From Iphione sp. A-MEVVRFRX5 (taxonomy: Eukaryota), in NCBI GenBank assembly GCA_976226885.1, contig OZ320320.1, forward strand, positions 37,386,001-37,450,000: DNA of 64,000 nt. Direction: 5' to 3'. The notes under the pieces were generated by a model. It was not told the DNA's origin. It saw only the letters and a program-made list of their open reading frames with translations, and searched no databases. Position numbers and translations under genes: made by a program. Below, in pieces: positions 41,276-54,800 of this stretch. How positions within the stretch are numbered: position 1 is the first letter of the stretch; every line of letters starts with the position of its first letter.

Positions 41276-41385
41276 CAGTGGAAAGCCGCCTCAGGGAATT
41301 GTCTTAAAAAGGCACAACTTTGAGAATCATTCAGGGACTGTTCGGAAAAGAACCAAGTGTGTTTCCTAATAGAGGCTTTTCACGC
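41276..41385. mobile_element. Possible decayed pogo/Tigger-like MITE remnant
   Basis: Left end TA-CAGTGGAAAGCCGCCT and right end TAATAGAGGCTTTTCACG form an imperfect inverted repeat. CAGT ends with TA flanks are typical of this superfamily, but the right TA is not intact. Confidence 0.3.
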
Positions 41386-44300
41386 AAATACAATAACAAC
41401 TGCCGTCAATTAACCATAAAACATTCCTTTCTGTCTTCCCATATATCCACAACCCCTCCTCAATCCTTAACCACTCTGCCCCGTAGAAAGGACACGGGCT
41501 ATAATGATCAGATAAGCGACTCCTCCTGTAGGTACACGACCGGTCACGCATGAATTAACACGGCTAGGCCCAGTTTGATCTATGCGGCAATGAATAGCGC
41601 CCGATCGGGTAAGTTATTACCCGCTGCCAGTGATAAACCTGCGGCTTATCTGACGTTTCGGCTTAGCAGTGGCAATCCCCTTGTATGGTCAGACGGGCAG
41701 GCAGGCCAGGCCGCTAAAGAATAGGGCCGCACTACACCTCTGAATGGACAGCCCCCTACGAGGGGCCCTATACACCACATTGAGACATCGACCCTTCGGC
41801 CGCCTGAATGGGCCTTTCAGTGAATAAGTGGTTATTGTCCACGAGGTAGTTGTAAGATTATGTAAGTAATTCAATCTGAAGGGCACATGACCTGTTGGTT
41901 ACGGAAGCGGCAAGAAAGCCTTACTGTCGAAAATGGCGATACATTAGTGCGAACGTGCGCCGAAAAGGGGAAGTTTCCCAAACCGCATGACTTCATAATT
42001 CGATCGGGCGTGTAAAAATGAAGAAATCAGCAACTGCGATATTGATTTTTTTGATGATGAGCGACGTAGTATTTACTTGGATGTATGTACGAAAATAAAA
42101 AATAAATTTGGACTACTTGACTCTCCCCTATGACAACTCTCCTGCCGTTTACCAGACGGTCACGGAGTTCCTCTCGGAAGATGGCGTCGGTCGTATGATA
42201 GACATTTCCGGTTGGTCGGTTAAAGCTATGTGCAGGACAGGGAATGCTTGGAAAGCACAGGCTGATAAAGGATGTATAACGGGACATTCTAGGTAAATAG
42301 GCAAATATGCATATATATAATGGTTGGTTTGTGTACGTGTTCAGAACAGCTCCTGGTCCTATGGCAACTATCCGCGAGTAGACGGAGCAGCAGTGCCTCT
42401 TTAAGTGTGTTAAGAACTAATCTAATTGTGGAGGGACGCTCGTGATAACACGAACAAAACACTAGAACATGAACTGTCACTTAACCAGGAAAATGCACGG
42501 GAACGTGCCATAGTCAGGAGTAAGATCCCGTTGAAGACCAACTCAAACGGATATTTTGCTGTGAACATTAATCTTTGGATTTCCACAGTTATCGTTTTGA
42601 CGGTACTACGAACTTGAAGAGGAGACTACCTAACATAAAATGTTAATATAAGAACTACATTTCCAAATAACAAGTCATATTTATTGACTAGGTGCACCTA
42701 GTAACGTTCTGCTATTGTGTTTTCAGAATGTAGCAAAGTGGAACACTCTACTGTATTTAGATAAAGGCAAATTCGCGTACATCAAATACCGTCTATGTAA
42801 AAAATTAGACAGTATTTATTTCAGAAAATGCAACCACAAATAAAAGGACTGGATTATGAAGTCTTGTTTGCAGTATGAGTTACGGAACCTCCTTCCCTTG
42901 GACGGGAAGACGGCATTGTTTTACCTTCATTACATGATGAAACTAGGGACACCTAACTCCACGGAGAGATGACATCATCATTTGAATGCAATTACATTCT
43001 TCGAGTGTTTTTCAATTAATTCAGTTGATCTAGCGCTGAGAGGGGATGCAGCCATTTTAACATCAAGGGCAACTCTGGGACCCTATCTAAGACAATGCTT
43101 GCTGTGTGAAGGCGGGGCCGTTTCCCATACATAATTGAATCTTCTTCCTCGAGGCAGATTGAGAAACACCGCAGACAGCCCCTTAAGTGCAGCTCGCTCT
43201 TATCATTTCTTTCTCTCCCTTCAAATATGGACTGTATATTCTACTGAGCTAATATTAATAGATGTAGACAATCAACTGCCGAATGAAATACAAAGACACG
43301 GACAGAACACTCATCTTCAGGGAACGAAATAGAAGAGCTGAGCTATTTCAACAAGCACAGTCCGTCGATTGAAGAAAACTCTACACGCCAGGATAACCCG
43401 TCGTATTAACGATTGTTTTTGGATAATATTTTGAGAAAAAGTGATATTCTATCGGAACTGGAAAGGCCTGTTATTAGAGGAGAAGGGATTAAGGATACTT
43501 TAATTAAGGCTATCTCAGATATTGGAGATTATTTCTTATAACCAAGGTACATAGAACTTGAGATTAATCGTGAGAGTAACAGAAGGAAGGTGTTTAAGTT
43601 GGCACTTCATCCTCTGTAAAAAAAAAAAAAAAACATGTCTAAATGAAGGCTGTGAACACACGTCTTCTGAGGATGTACGTAGTCTTTTCCAAGAGGTTGG
43701 TTTCTGTCACCAGAATGTCTATTGGCCTGCACGTACAGATGGTAACCTGAAAAACCTTTGATTACTTTGACCTTAGTTGTTTGGTCGACTTGTGTGTCTG
43801 TGTCCCCTCAAAACTGTGCAAATCTAGTGAAAGTGACAAGGTGCAAAGGAAAGTCGGTGTTTATACATTCCCTGTCGATGGAATCGACCGAAAGTGAGGA
43901 AGTGAACACATATTGAAATTCTTCACTCCCCTAACATCTCTGTCGACTACGCCTCAGCCTCAACGAGCAGGTCAGGCAAGACGTAAGGAGCTAATAATGA
44001 ACGGCAGGCATGAGGAACTCACTCTTGGAAAAGGGTTAATTGGATCGACCTGGAAGATGGTGTGTCGTTGGTCTGCCCTTTGTGGGGTGATACGTTCATA
44101 ACGATTGAATTTACTAGGTGTGGAGGCTGTACGGGTGTGTGAGTGATGACCACCGCCAAATACATACCCAAACCCCGAAATCTTACCCTTCTCTACAAAC
44201 ATTGCCACAGCATTGCCATTCATTGCATCCATCAGACACTATTTACCGTTTTTGGAGTGCTGAGCAATCACCCACTTTTGATTAAGCTTCGGTTTAGGGA

Positions 44301-46340
44301 TAGAGGAATCAAGGTCATGGTAGTGGACGTGACTTATATTGGAATTCACCAGCCAACATTCTGGTCATCCTCAATGCATTATTTTTGCTTGGAGGAGAGA
44401 GGCAGTGGGTTGAAGGTTCGTAGAAGCAAGCACATAGGTTCCCAAAAGCTTACGTTCAAGGCCCAGATCATGTCAGGTCCGCGCTGCCCCTTTCAATTCA
44501 ATTTCAACAGGTGGCATGTTCCCCGAAAAGAGCGTACTGATAGCCTGTCTGCCTAGGGAGCAGGAACAGCAGCCAGCAGGCCCCTCCTGGCCAACCCATG
44601 AGCCACCAAAGCCATGCGCGAGGCGCTCATCTAATCCCACTACGAACCCGCGGAACCCAAAGGTGATGCTCAGTGCCTATCACCTGACCCTCACCGCCAA
44701 GAAAGGTAAATGGAAGTGGGGTTGGGGGCCTAAGGCGGGGGAGCCCCCGGGGGACCAAGGCCTCAATGTTAGGTCAGCCCACCTGACCCGGTAGCCTGCT
44801 TGTACTAAGCTCAGTTGCGGGTTCTCATCTGTGTGCCTGCCACACAACCTCTAGCAACCAGCACCTTTCCAATCCTACCAGTTTAGCCGCTATGTCCCAA
44901 CGAATTAACACCGGAGATGCAAGCGTTGGCCACTCGGGGGCGCCGCGGTGAATCCCATCGGCAGGACTCCCACCTGGTACCCGGGTCAGTGATCAAGCCA
45001 GCCTTAAAAGGGCACGGGTGGAGGAGCAGGAAGAGGAGTATGCGGAGAAGCAGAGACATAATGGGAAGGCAAGTCTCCTTCTCTCCTTCCTCTATCATCT
45101 CCCTCCAGCCGCTGGCAATCAGGTCCCTTTAATGATATCAGGCATCAATGTATAACTCTTGAGGGTTCCATTGGGCAGTACAGGATCTGAAGGAAGTGAT
45201 GTTTACATGGCGGCAAGTCTCCTCGGCCTCGGCCCTGAGCGCTTCGTCCTCATGATGAACCCGACGAGTCGGAGGACAGGGAAGGGAGAGGTGCTGAAGG
45301 AGGCAGACATGCCTAGCTGCAGGTCCCAAGCTGAATATGAATAACCGTCTCCATCAGGGACGAATCACTCTGGAAAGAATGACGGACGGTTTTCCTCTAC
45401 GAATGACATTCCATATAAAGAGGGGAAGAAGTAACAGGAGGCTTGGAAGGCCCTGGAGAAAGGTCTTAGGCATCGGCCGCCATTAAATAATTAGTTTGCT
45501 GACGCTGGCCCAGCTGAGTCATGCACGCATAGAGTGCCTTATGTGCGCAGGCAATCCATTTGTTGAATGCTCTGCAATGCGGGGAAGGTAGGGTTTGAAG
45601 GGGGAGTGATGTGGCTGGGCCACCTGACACTGAGACAGTGGCCTGATCATGGCTTGTAATCTAATTAAACGATAATGTAAGCACAGAGTGCTGCACGCCA
45701 CGACCGGCGGCTTCAATGAAAGCACAACCCACGTCACAGCAAGTCGATCGGGGGGAATATATACAGGGACTGTGGGCCCCAAGCGGAGCATTGGAGGGGT
45801 TTGAAGTTCGAAGAGGTAAACACATGTATATTTAGCAGGAGCCAACTGCAGCCATCGTACCTGCCACTTCCATAATAAACTGAAATCTGGGTCATGCTAA
45901 GGTGTTGTCCAGTATTAACAGTACAAGTCTATAGTTAATCAAACGTTTACTCTCCTCTTTGTACAAAATGCACGACAATTCTTCTACATAACCGCTCAGT
46001 CGTCCTGGCATTGGAATCAAATGCAGAAGGAATATTGCTGCAAACACTTCCAGGTTCTAACCTTAAAGCCCTGGAACGAAACTCTATGGTGGTCCATGAT
46101 GGCTTCTTCATGACCAGCGGCAGAGGTCACGGTGGGACAGGGCTAAAGAAACATCTGCCAGCCATGTGAATAGTAATCAGATATATGTGCGATTACGTAC
46201 TGGACACAGAGGAACTACACATGAGAACCCCGGCGAGATATTCTTCCTCGCCGCCTGTTTCCTTTAGGAGTTCTACTTTAGTCGTGAGCCGAAAGGTCCA
46301 TCGACATTGATCAGCAGGTAGCAGATCGACCAGTCATGAG

Positions 46341-46354
46341 CCACTAGGTGGCGG
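46341..46354 (+). promoter_or_regulatory. CTCF-like core motif CCACTAGGTGGCGG
   Basis: Full match to the core consensus. Confidence 0.45.
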
Positions 46355-48797
46355 TAACCGTCAGCCCCCGGCAACTAATAGTACTCTAAAGCAGCCTTGA
46401 CACCTTCCAACCCAGCCCCTCCTGAAGTCGTTTAATCCTTCGCAGGTGGTTTCGTCGTACAGGAGAACGCACTCCCTTGTAATCCCATACAAACGATGCT
46501 ACCTTCCTATTGTGATTCGCCTCAGGGATGGGGGATCGGGGGGGGGGGGCGGGACGGGTGTAGAGGTGGATATCTTTACTTGGTTCTGTTGAGGACTGGT
46601 ACGTTTGAAGGTGAACTTTTGCTAGCAAGGGGCAGTTTGACTGACAGAGGGTGTGGATGTAAGTGTAGAAGCGTCAGTGTGGCGATTTGAGTACCAAACA
46701 TACACCTGAACAACCGCATACCTGCATATAGGTACTAAGACAGCAGCAGTGGTCTTATTATATGAGTTCAGCTGTACTTAACAAGACATGTGGTGTACAT
46801 TAAAGATTACAGACCACACAATGCCACGCAAAGAATTGTACCGGTCTAGTAAGTACAGACATCGGTACACATTTGCGGCGCCGTGTACCACCGTGCACCC
46901 CGACATGGCATCAGAACACGGCATATATTACATACAGACATACGGCTAGGCATACAGGTAGTTCCAAGCGTACCGCAAAATCTTTAAGTGTTGATATCAT
47001 TTTTCAGTAATTTCATCTACGGCACGCTTTATTGTCCCGTTACATTAAATGTATATATATTTGCCAGATATGGTTGATCGGAACACCGCGCAACAGACTT
47101 ACAAAATCACTAGAGTAATCCGCGATACGTTAAACATATTTTTACCTCAAGGAGACCCTCTCCATTTCGCAAAAAGGCTTCTATATTAAATTTCATATTC
47201 ATGGTACAATTTTATGCATCGGCATCCTCTACAGTTTCTATACCAGTAGTGCTATCTGCTAGTACTGACTGACATGAGATCTCTTCTTTCCAGCTGCGCC
47301 CTGTCTCCAGGGTTTCCGCGGAGGTGTGCAGTTAAAGCTCAGGGGGGTTTCAAACATAGAGCGAGCCATTAAAGCAACAGGGCTTTGCCCGTTGGGCTGT
47401 TGGCTCACCGACTAGGAGAGGGAGGAGGAGGAGGCGCAGCTGCAAAGATGTCATCTCATTTCAATGTTTATGGCGTTTACTTTCGCATAATTTTCTACAA
47501 TTAACGTGGAGGCACGGCACCTGTGCCAGTCAGACCCAACAATACACCCCTTGGCTCATATTTACATAGGTAGGTGCAAATACACAACGCATCACTCGTA
47601 TCATCTCTGACAAGCGCGGTGATATATTTATTGTCCTCATTACCCAAGGGAATTCATGTATGCCCGCTTTCTCGATGGTAACTTGCATTAAGGTAATAAA
47701 TATGGATAGACACAGAAGCTAATCCATGAATCCATATGTCCAGGCTTCAACCAAGGCTGCTTTAGTCACTGAGCCTCCAACCTGGAGCGGTCATATCTCG
47801 CCTGGTTGTAAACATAATACAATATTATCCACGCGCAAAACACCGCATCAAGTCAAAGGAATATGTATAATTGATAATCGGGGACATACCCTCATACCTT
47901 TGTATCTCTTGTCATAATCAGCTCATATACGATTCCTTCGAAAGTTTTACAATTGACAGATGTCCTGATATTCTCACAGGAGGAGGGACAAAGAAAAATC
48001 CAGACATATTGACTCACAGCTACACAAGTGTAACCGGACCCGCGGAATACACAAAGATGCTCTGTCAGAACCTGGAGCAATTCCGTAATTACCTGGCTTT
48101 GTATCCACATCCTGAAGGCCGCGTATCGCAAAGCCATAGGTGCACAGTCACAGATATATTTATGCACATAGCTCCTCATGTCATCACTCCTCCTTAAATG
48201 AATGTAGCTTGCTACCATGCATCCAATACCATTAGCAGTAGCCTCTTCTGGGACACCCCTCTTTTCTACGAGCAAACTCACTGTCGAGGTCCAGCATCGT
48301 ATCAGTGAGCATCTCAGCGAGAAGCTTAGCCATTGATTCGTACTATCTCTGGAGACGTAGAGATGGCCACTTGGCCTACTTTAGATATCTTCACCAGGCT
48401 TAACATATTCCTCCGTCCTTTCAAAGCAGCCACTACCCACCCCGTTCAACTCATCTCCCTTCTATCCTCAAGGGAGGTCAGCATACAAATACTCTAAATG
48501 GTGTTTCAATCCCATAATCTATCGACAGGATATGTGTTGTATAGTAAAATATAACACTCAGATTGCTGTAGGCCCGCTCGCTATTCTAAGACCTCCTTTG
48601 TTTTGATCTACAATGTGATTGTGGCCTAGAATAGGCTTGTTTTCTATGATCAAAGGCAGCGGATGCTGACGTTATGGTTAGTTATGTTGACTTGGAGGTA
48701 TTAACGACCCCAGAAATCACTTGTAATATAGTCCTGTCACAAAGTATGTGGTCTCATCCAGCGGGCAGGGAAAGCTGGGTTGAAAGCCCAGACTCAC

Positions 48798-48843
48798 CAT
48801 CAGTATGATATTTCCCAAGCCATACATAGAAATGTGAAATTAG
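48798..48843 (-). other. Candidate 46-nt exon
   Basis: gcagtgttttccccAG|ctaattt...ctgatg|GTGAGT; contains an ATG frame MYGLGNIILM that ends exactly at the donor. Confidence 0.25.
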
Positions 48844-51800
48844 CTGGGGAAAACACTGCTAAAATGTCCTCTTTGTGAATTGCTTAAGTCAAGTCTTCCA
48901 GCCAAATTAATTGAATAGGCAAAAAAAGGGCTATTAATATCTGATGACTGGAAGTCAGTTTTTATACATAATGGCTATCAAAACAAATCTTACTCGCCAA
49001 TGTACATGTATACTTATAACAAACTTACATTATATGGCCTTGAACTTGAGTTGTATTTTGCCGCTCGTCAAAATTTAGTTGGGATAGCTATCACCAGTTT
49101 AAAGTTATCTCTGCTATGCTGCAAGATAGGTGCTTAATTTTAAATGCCATTTCTTCGCTACATTGCTATACACAAAGCGGTCTGACATCTGGGAGCTTGT
49201 TGGAATTGCGTTTGTAGCAACAAAGAGGGGAATGTTATAAAATAGGGTGGCCTCACACTCGCTGACTGTCGATTAAAAGTTGAGGTCTGGGCCGGTGTTT
49301 CACAGCCACAGTGGATAAGACGATTGCCTTCATGTCTCGATGGTACCTGGAGAGACAACATCCCAACCCTTGTGGGGGGTCCCAAAGCCATTAAATGTTG
49401 GGCTTTTTTCCAACTTTCTTTGCCACCTTTGAGACCATAAGAGGCCTCACCACGATTAAGCTCCCGCCTTTTATCCCCAGAGCTGTTTTCTCTTTACACA
49501 GCGGATAGAAAATCGTCACTCCCCACGACGGCAGAAAGCAATTCTAACACCCACATTGTGCATAGTATTTCACAATACAGTACCCCTGGATCAACTGAAA
49601 ATTGCTCAACGTCGGCCTGAAGCGATCATAAAGAAAGCGAGGTAAAACATAAAATACATCATAGCGTTAGTAGCTCCCCATAATATACCATTCCTATCAG
49701 AACAGCTCTTAGTATTTAATAATGGTATATGTAGACCTATTACATGTATTTGTGGGTCATATGCACGGATCGGATTTAAAAAGAATTAAGATTTTTTTGA
49801 GCATATGCATATGTTGTGTACAACCATGGTAAAATTGACATTTCATCACAGTTCAGCAAACTGAAAGGGATAAATGGGCGGGGACCTAGCTCAGTTTGTA
49901 AGAGTGCTGACAAGCATCGGTCTACTGATCTAGAGGTCACAAGTTCAATGCTAGGCTCAGAATTGTTCATAATGATCAGATGGACTTATTGGAACCCCAC
50001 CCTATAGTGGTCCCCAGATTGTGACAAAGGCTATGAATGTATATGATTCTGTCCCCGTTGCATATCAAGACCCCAGAACCATATTCTAAAGAATAGGGAG
50101 CGAACCTGGGTATTCCGGCTGTCAATGCCCCATCATAGATGGTAGTATGCTATCACTTGGGGATATGGAAAGAACAACTCAAAAGATAGCTCCTGCTTAA
50201 ATATACAATGAAAAAAGGATCTTCAGTGCGTTTGACACTACGGAGAGTCATAATGATTTATAGCCAGGGAACAAAGAACACATTTCAAACCAAGCACAGC
50301 TACATATAATCACGGAAGGGGATAATTATTTAAAGGAGAAGGAGGTGTAGAGTTGTGAACATCGATCAGAGGTGGTTACAGCATGATTGACAGCTGTCTA
50401 AACGGGGGCCGTCAAACGAGGCGCCTGGCGAGTCCCACACTTGTCTATAGACGTCAGCAATGTTTCCGTTTTATCCCTGCGAATCTTACATACGGCCGCC
50501 CCTAATGGCTGCCATGCGTCTTCATTTGGACGGAAGTTATGACAGTTGGTCGCCGCGACATATCCATCAGGCCAGCCTTAGCCTGTCCCCCGGGCGGGTT
50601 GAGACAATCTGTAACTTGCCAGCCGCCTGTCGAGGTGCCAAGAGATAATCGCCTTCGCAGGTTAAAACCCTCATCTTGCGTAATACCCACATCTCAATGC
50701 ATGTCTTCGAACACGGTGTTTCAGCTGCTTATACAATAGACGGATTCCATTGTAAATATCAGGATGTTAGGTGAGATACCTGGTTGATATCTACTTACTA
50801 TCATCAATTCCATTCCATTATTCCATTTCATCACGATTGTGTGTTCTTGTAACATTGTGTAGACTGTGGTATGAACCATTGGGAGAACAACCTTGGACAG
50901 GCGATAAGGAGACCATAGAAATAAGTTTTGCTGATACCAGTACCTTTGACTGTTGCATTGGTTGTTTACAGTGTAAGGAAATATCCTCTGAAGATATCAT
51001 CGCCAAGATGTCCCTCAGAAAACATATCTTTCTACATCCAATCAAATAGGTCTTGCAGAATATGTCTCCATTTAGCTTAATTCTCTTTTTTTCTTTCACA
51101 AAATATCTGCACTTTTAACATCAAAGGAACCGATAAGAATAACCGTACGAAAATCACATTTGCGTGAGAATGTTGATGGCATGGAACCATTGTACAGAAT
51201 TACTTTTGATTCTATTTTCTGCAGTCTGTATCTTTGACATGGGACAGAATGAAGGGCTGCCAAGTTGAGGTTGTGCTGAGTGACAGGGGAAGGGCCGACA
51301 AGACACCGCCGGTAAATCTGACGCATCCACAAATCACACTCTGGCATGGGAATGATGGAGAAGCCGTAGCGGTCTAGCGTGAGGACAGGCTCCCCACCAG
51401 ACAGCAGTGGTGGAGGCACCATCAAAGGTGGCAGCGTTAGAATGGTCGTCTACGTAAGCCTGCCTTCCCGCTCTCGCAGGTCTACTGTGTTGAGCAACAT
51501 TAGCATTAGCAGGGCGATTGAAGAGACGAAAGGAAGTGGGGAGAAGGGAGACGAAGACAAGGGAAATTTAAAGGAGACAAAGAGCAAAGGGAGAGGGGGA
51601 AGTAGAGCTGAGGAGGAGGAAGGGACCAAGAAGAGATGGGAAGCGAACAGAGCAGAAATTGATTAGCAGGATGAGAGGGTTAAAGATGGAAGAAGGTGCA
51701 GGACGTGGAGAAGGTAAAAACAGGGGGAGGGGGGGAACAAATGAAGAAAGTGTGGAAAGAAAATAGAATTGTGTAATTGACAAGAATGCATGGATTTTGT

Positions 51801-54800
51801 AAATGAACTTAAATAAATGGATCGAGAGATCTAACAATGTTTAATTGTAAATTTGAAAAAGGAAGAGAGCGAGGAGAGGAGTAGGAGAAGGGATGGAAAC
51901 AAGAGCTAGATAAGGCGGAGGAGCGGGAGAAAGGCGGGTATGGGGAAGCGGGAACATCCTTCCATTGCCAACAGAGAGGTCCAATGCCATCAACGCGAGG
52001 ACTCTCAAAGGCCCACAAGACCCGGCCAGCGGTCAGTTAACGGGCAGGCCAATCAGAGGTGGTCTCTGGACCAGGACCGAGGATCAAACCATCAGAAAGC
52101 ACGCAGATAACACTGCGGGTTCCGGAGCCCCCATTATTCTTACAGAGATTCCACTGTTTGGGCCCTACCTCCATTACCAGTGGTGAAATATCAGCACTAG
52201 GGGGCTATTGCCGGTGCAATAACCTTTACCAGCCCGGAAAAACGCTGAAAACCACCGCCAGTGTCCAACAATAATACCTTATGAATGCTCTCTTCATTAT
52301 ACAAAATAAAATGGATACCATCACTTAGAGTTCACTGGCAGCATCCCGAACACCGTTGTCAATAATCGACCCTTGCTATCAGTCACAACACGGGTACTGT
52401 CACTACCGTGGTTTTGAGGGCCTCGTCAGTACGAAACCAATCGCTACTGTGGTGAAAGGCCCGCACTGCACGTATCACGTATAGTTACCACAATGTCCAT
52501 ACTAGACCCAATATACTACATACCAATGTTATAACTACAGCCGGTTCTGTAAGTGACATCGACCCCAGCATATTACTACTGGCACCAAACAGGAAAACTA
52601 CTCTGGGGAAAGAGGCGTTCAGCTCACCAATATTGAGGATCGACCATAGTGTATATCATTCACAGTTGGCGGACACACAGAGTGTCGTACATAATCATCT
52701 ACCATGATATCTGATTTTCACATCAGGACATCAGAAATGGTTAGGAGCATGGCCTTGTTGTCCGACTAATTTAATCAGTTCAACATAGGACGGCCTGCCT
52801 TTATGTCAGAATAACAAACTTATCTCATTATACTACCACCTTTAGGATGTTTCTACTTCCATCATTCTATCCATCATTTGCCATTAGTCAGACTTATAGT
52901 GACGCCAAGACATAGGAGTAATGACGCAGCATTATCAAATCTATGGCTAAATAGTGCCAGCGCCATGTCGTTCTCATGTCTCTACCTCCTTGACAGCCGT
53001 CACTTCATTACGGAGAAGTCCATAAACTGAATCTCTTCCCCGCTTGAATACGATGTCAGCGTCCTCCTAGAGCTAGCACCGAAAAGAGGTTTTTGGCATC
53101 TTCCTTCAAAGTTTTCCATTCAACCGAATGCAAGAATCAGAGTAGACTTCTTTAGGATGTCTGCAAGCAGACATTTGCATTCAGACTATATCTTTCCTTA
53201 TTCATCGCAGTACCTGGAAAGGTTTCCAAATGGAATACCCCCGGGACTTGGAAATACGCCCTTTGGATTAAACTACTGTTGGAAAAGACCTTTTCAATCA
53301 AGAAAAATGACTGCTTTTTCTGGAGGCATCATCCCTATGAGTGTTTTCAAAATGTTCCGTATAGTTTCATAGAAATAGCACATTTGTAGAACGCAAGCTT
53401 ACACAGCTGTAGAAAACATTAACGACTTTAACGCTATGACAGGCCTCTTGTTCAAGGCACCTTAAAATGTCTCATTATTTTGTATTTGTTCTGTCTTTGG
53501 CACCTTACAAGTTTTACAGTATTAGGTCAGGGTTGTGCTGAATGTCGGGGAACACTCGGGCCCAGATCTTAGATACAACAGGATAGACAACCTGCTTACT
53601 TTGAAGAGCTTCCTGTGACACCTACTTCCGTGCGTCTGTTTTTAATGGATCTCATGAACATAAGCCTGCAGTGAAGTCCCCACGCTTATATAAAGAGAGG
53701 AAGGGTTATATCCAACACAAATAACACGTCGGACGGGACAAATACATGAGCTTTTTTCTTATTGGCCCCACCGAAAATCCAATGAAAAAATACTGCATGT
53801 TTGTGTTGGTGCTAACATCAGTCCCAGCTCCTAACAAATACACAAGATGATCTGATGAGGGTCGGGGGAGGAGAGCTGCTGCCTGGATAATACGTGCATT
53901 TGCACATACTTCTTTCCACCTCCCATAATACCCGTGTTGTCGTTGCAGAACGTCCGCCTTTTTATCCGGTTAAAAGCAAGGGTTACAATGGAGGACTGCT
54001 CACTGAAAGCGTTTCTGAATTCCGCTTCTCACTAGGGTAGAATGATGAATTAGCCCGGCCGTCCACCGACGCAACAGAGTCCTTTCCGTCTGCCCAATGA
54101 GATACATGTATATGTGTGCATGTGTTTCTTCTCCTTGAACCCTAATAGACAGGGCGAGGGAGAAAAAGTGAGGAAAAGTAGAGGGTGCGGAGAGAAGAAA
54201 CAATGGCAGAGGAAGCTTCACACGCAGCAAAAGATGCGTGATAGAAAACAGCGCAGTCTAAACGAAGAGAAGAAGAAACAGAACTATGGGTAGTGATAAA
54301 AAGAGGAAAAAAAGGGAGGCGGGGATTTGAAAAGCCATGGCTGCACAGAGGGTCAGTTCAAGTAAAAGCAACAAGGAAAGCATGAGAAAGAAAAGGAGCT
54401 AGTGTTAGGCTGGATCTCCATGTATATATATGTCGGTGTGCATGTCAGTGTGTGAGTATGTCAGGGTGTGTTTCTCTTAATCTGATAACTACTGTATACA
54501 TACTGTGGTTAATGAATTCGTCAGTTTCCTGTTTACTTGCCTGTAATAACGAATGTTCCCAAAATACATGCTACAAACACAGACCAACACATGCCGTGTG
54601 GAGTGGAAAATGGGACACTTCCCATCTTTTAAAACAATCCCATGCACGGCTATGCAAAGCCATGCACACACACCTTACACAGATACACTTATCATGTTAA
54701 CCATAGTTCCCCCAAAATACACACTGAAACACCAATGGACACACACACCAACACATATGCATGGAAACTTAGCCTAGAGACCAAAAGATAAAAAGGCGAA

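Noticed and set aside
43815-43837. TGTGCAAATCTA, a 12-nt match to the 5' end of miR-19
   Set aside because: The 3' half diverges, and the upstream arm pairs poorly with a ~30-nt loop, so there is no credible pre-miRNA hairpin.
47871-48281. Overlapping 108-aa (+) and 129-aa (-) ORFs; LRYAAFR recalls the YRY-AYR motif of P2X7-tail-like proteins
   Set aside because: The flanking conserved W/G/R/P-C residues of that motif are absent, so the resemblance is too short.
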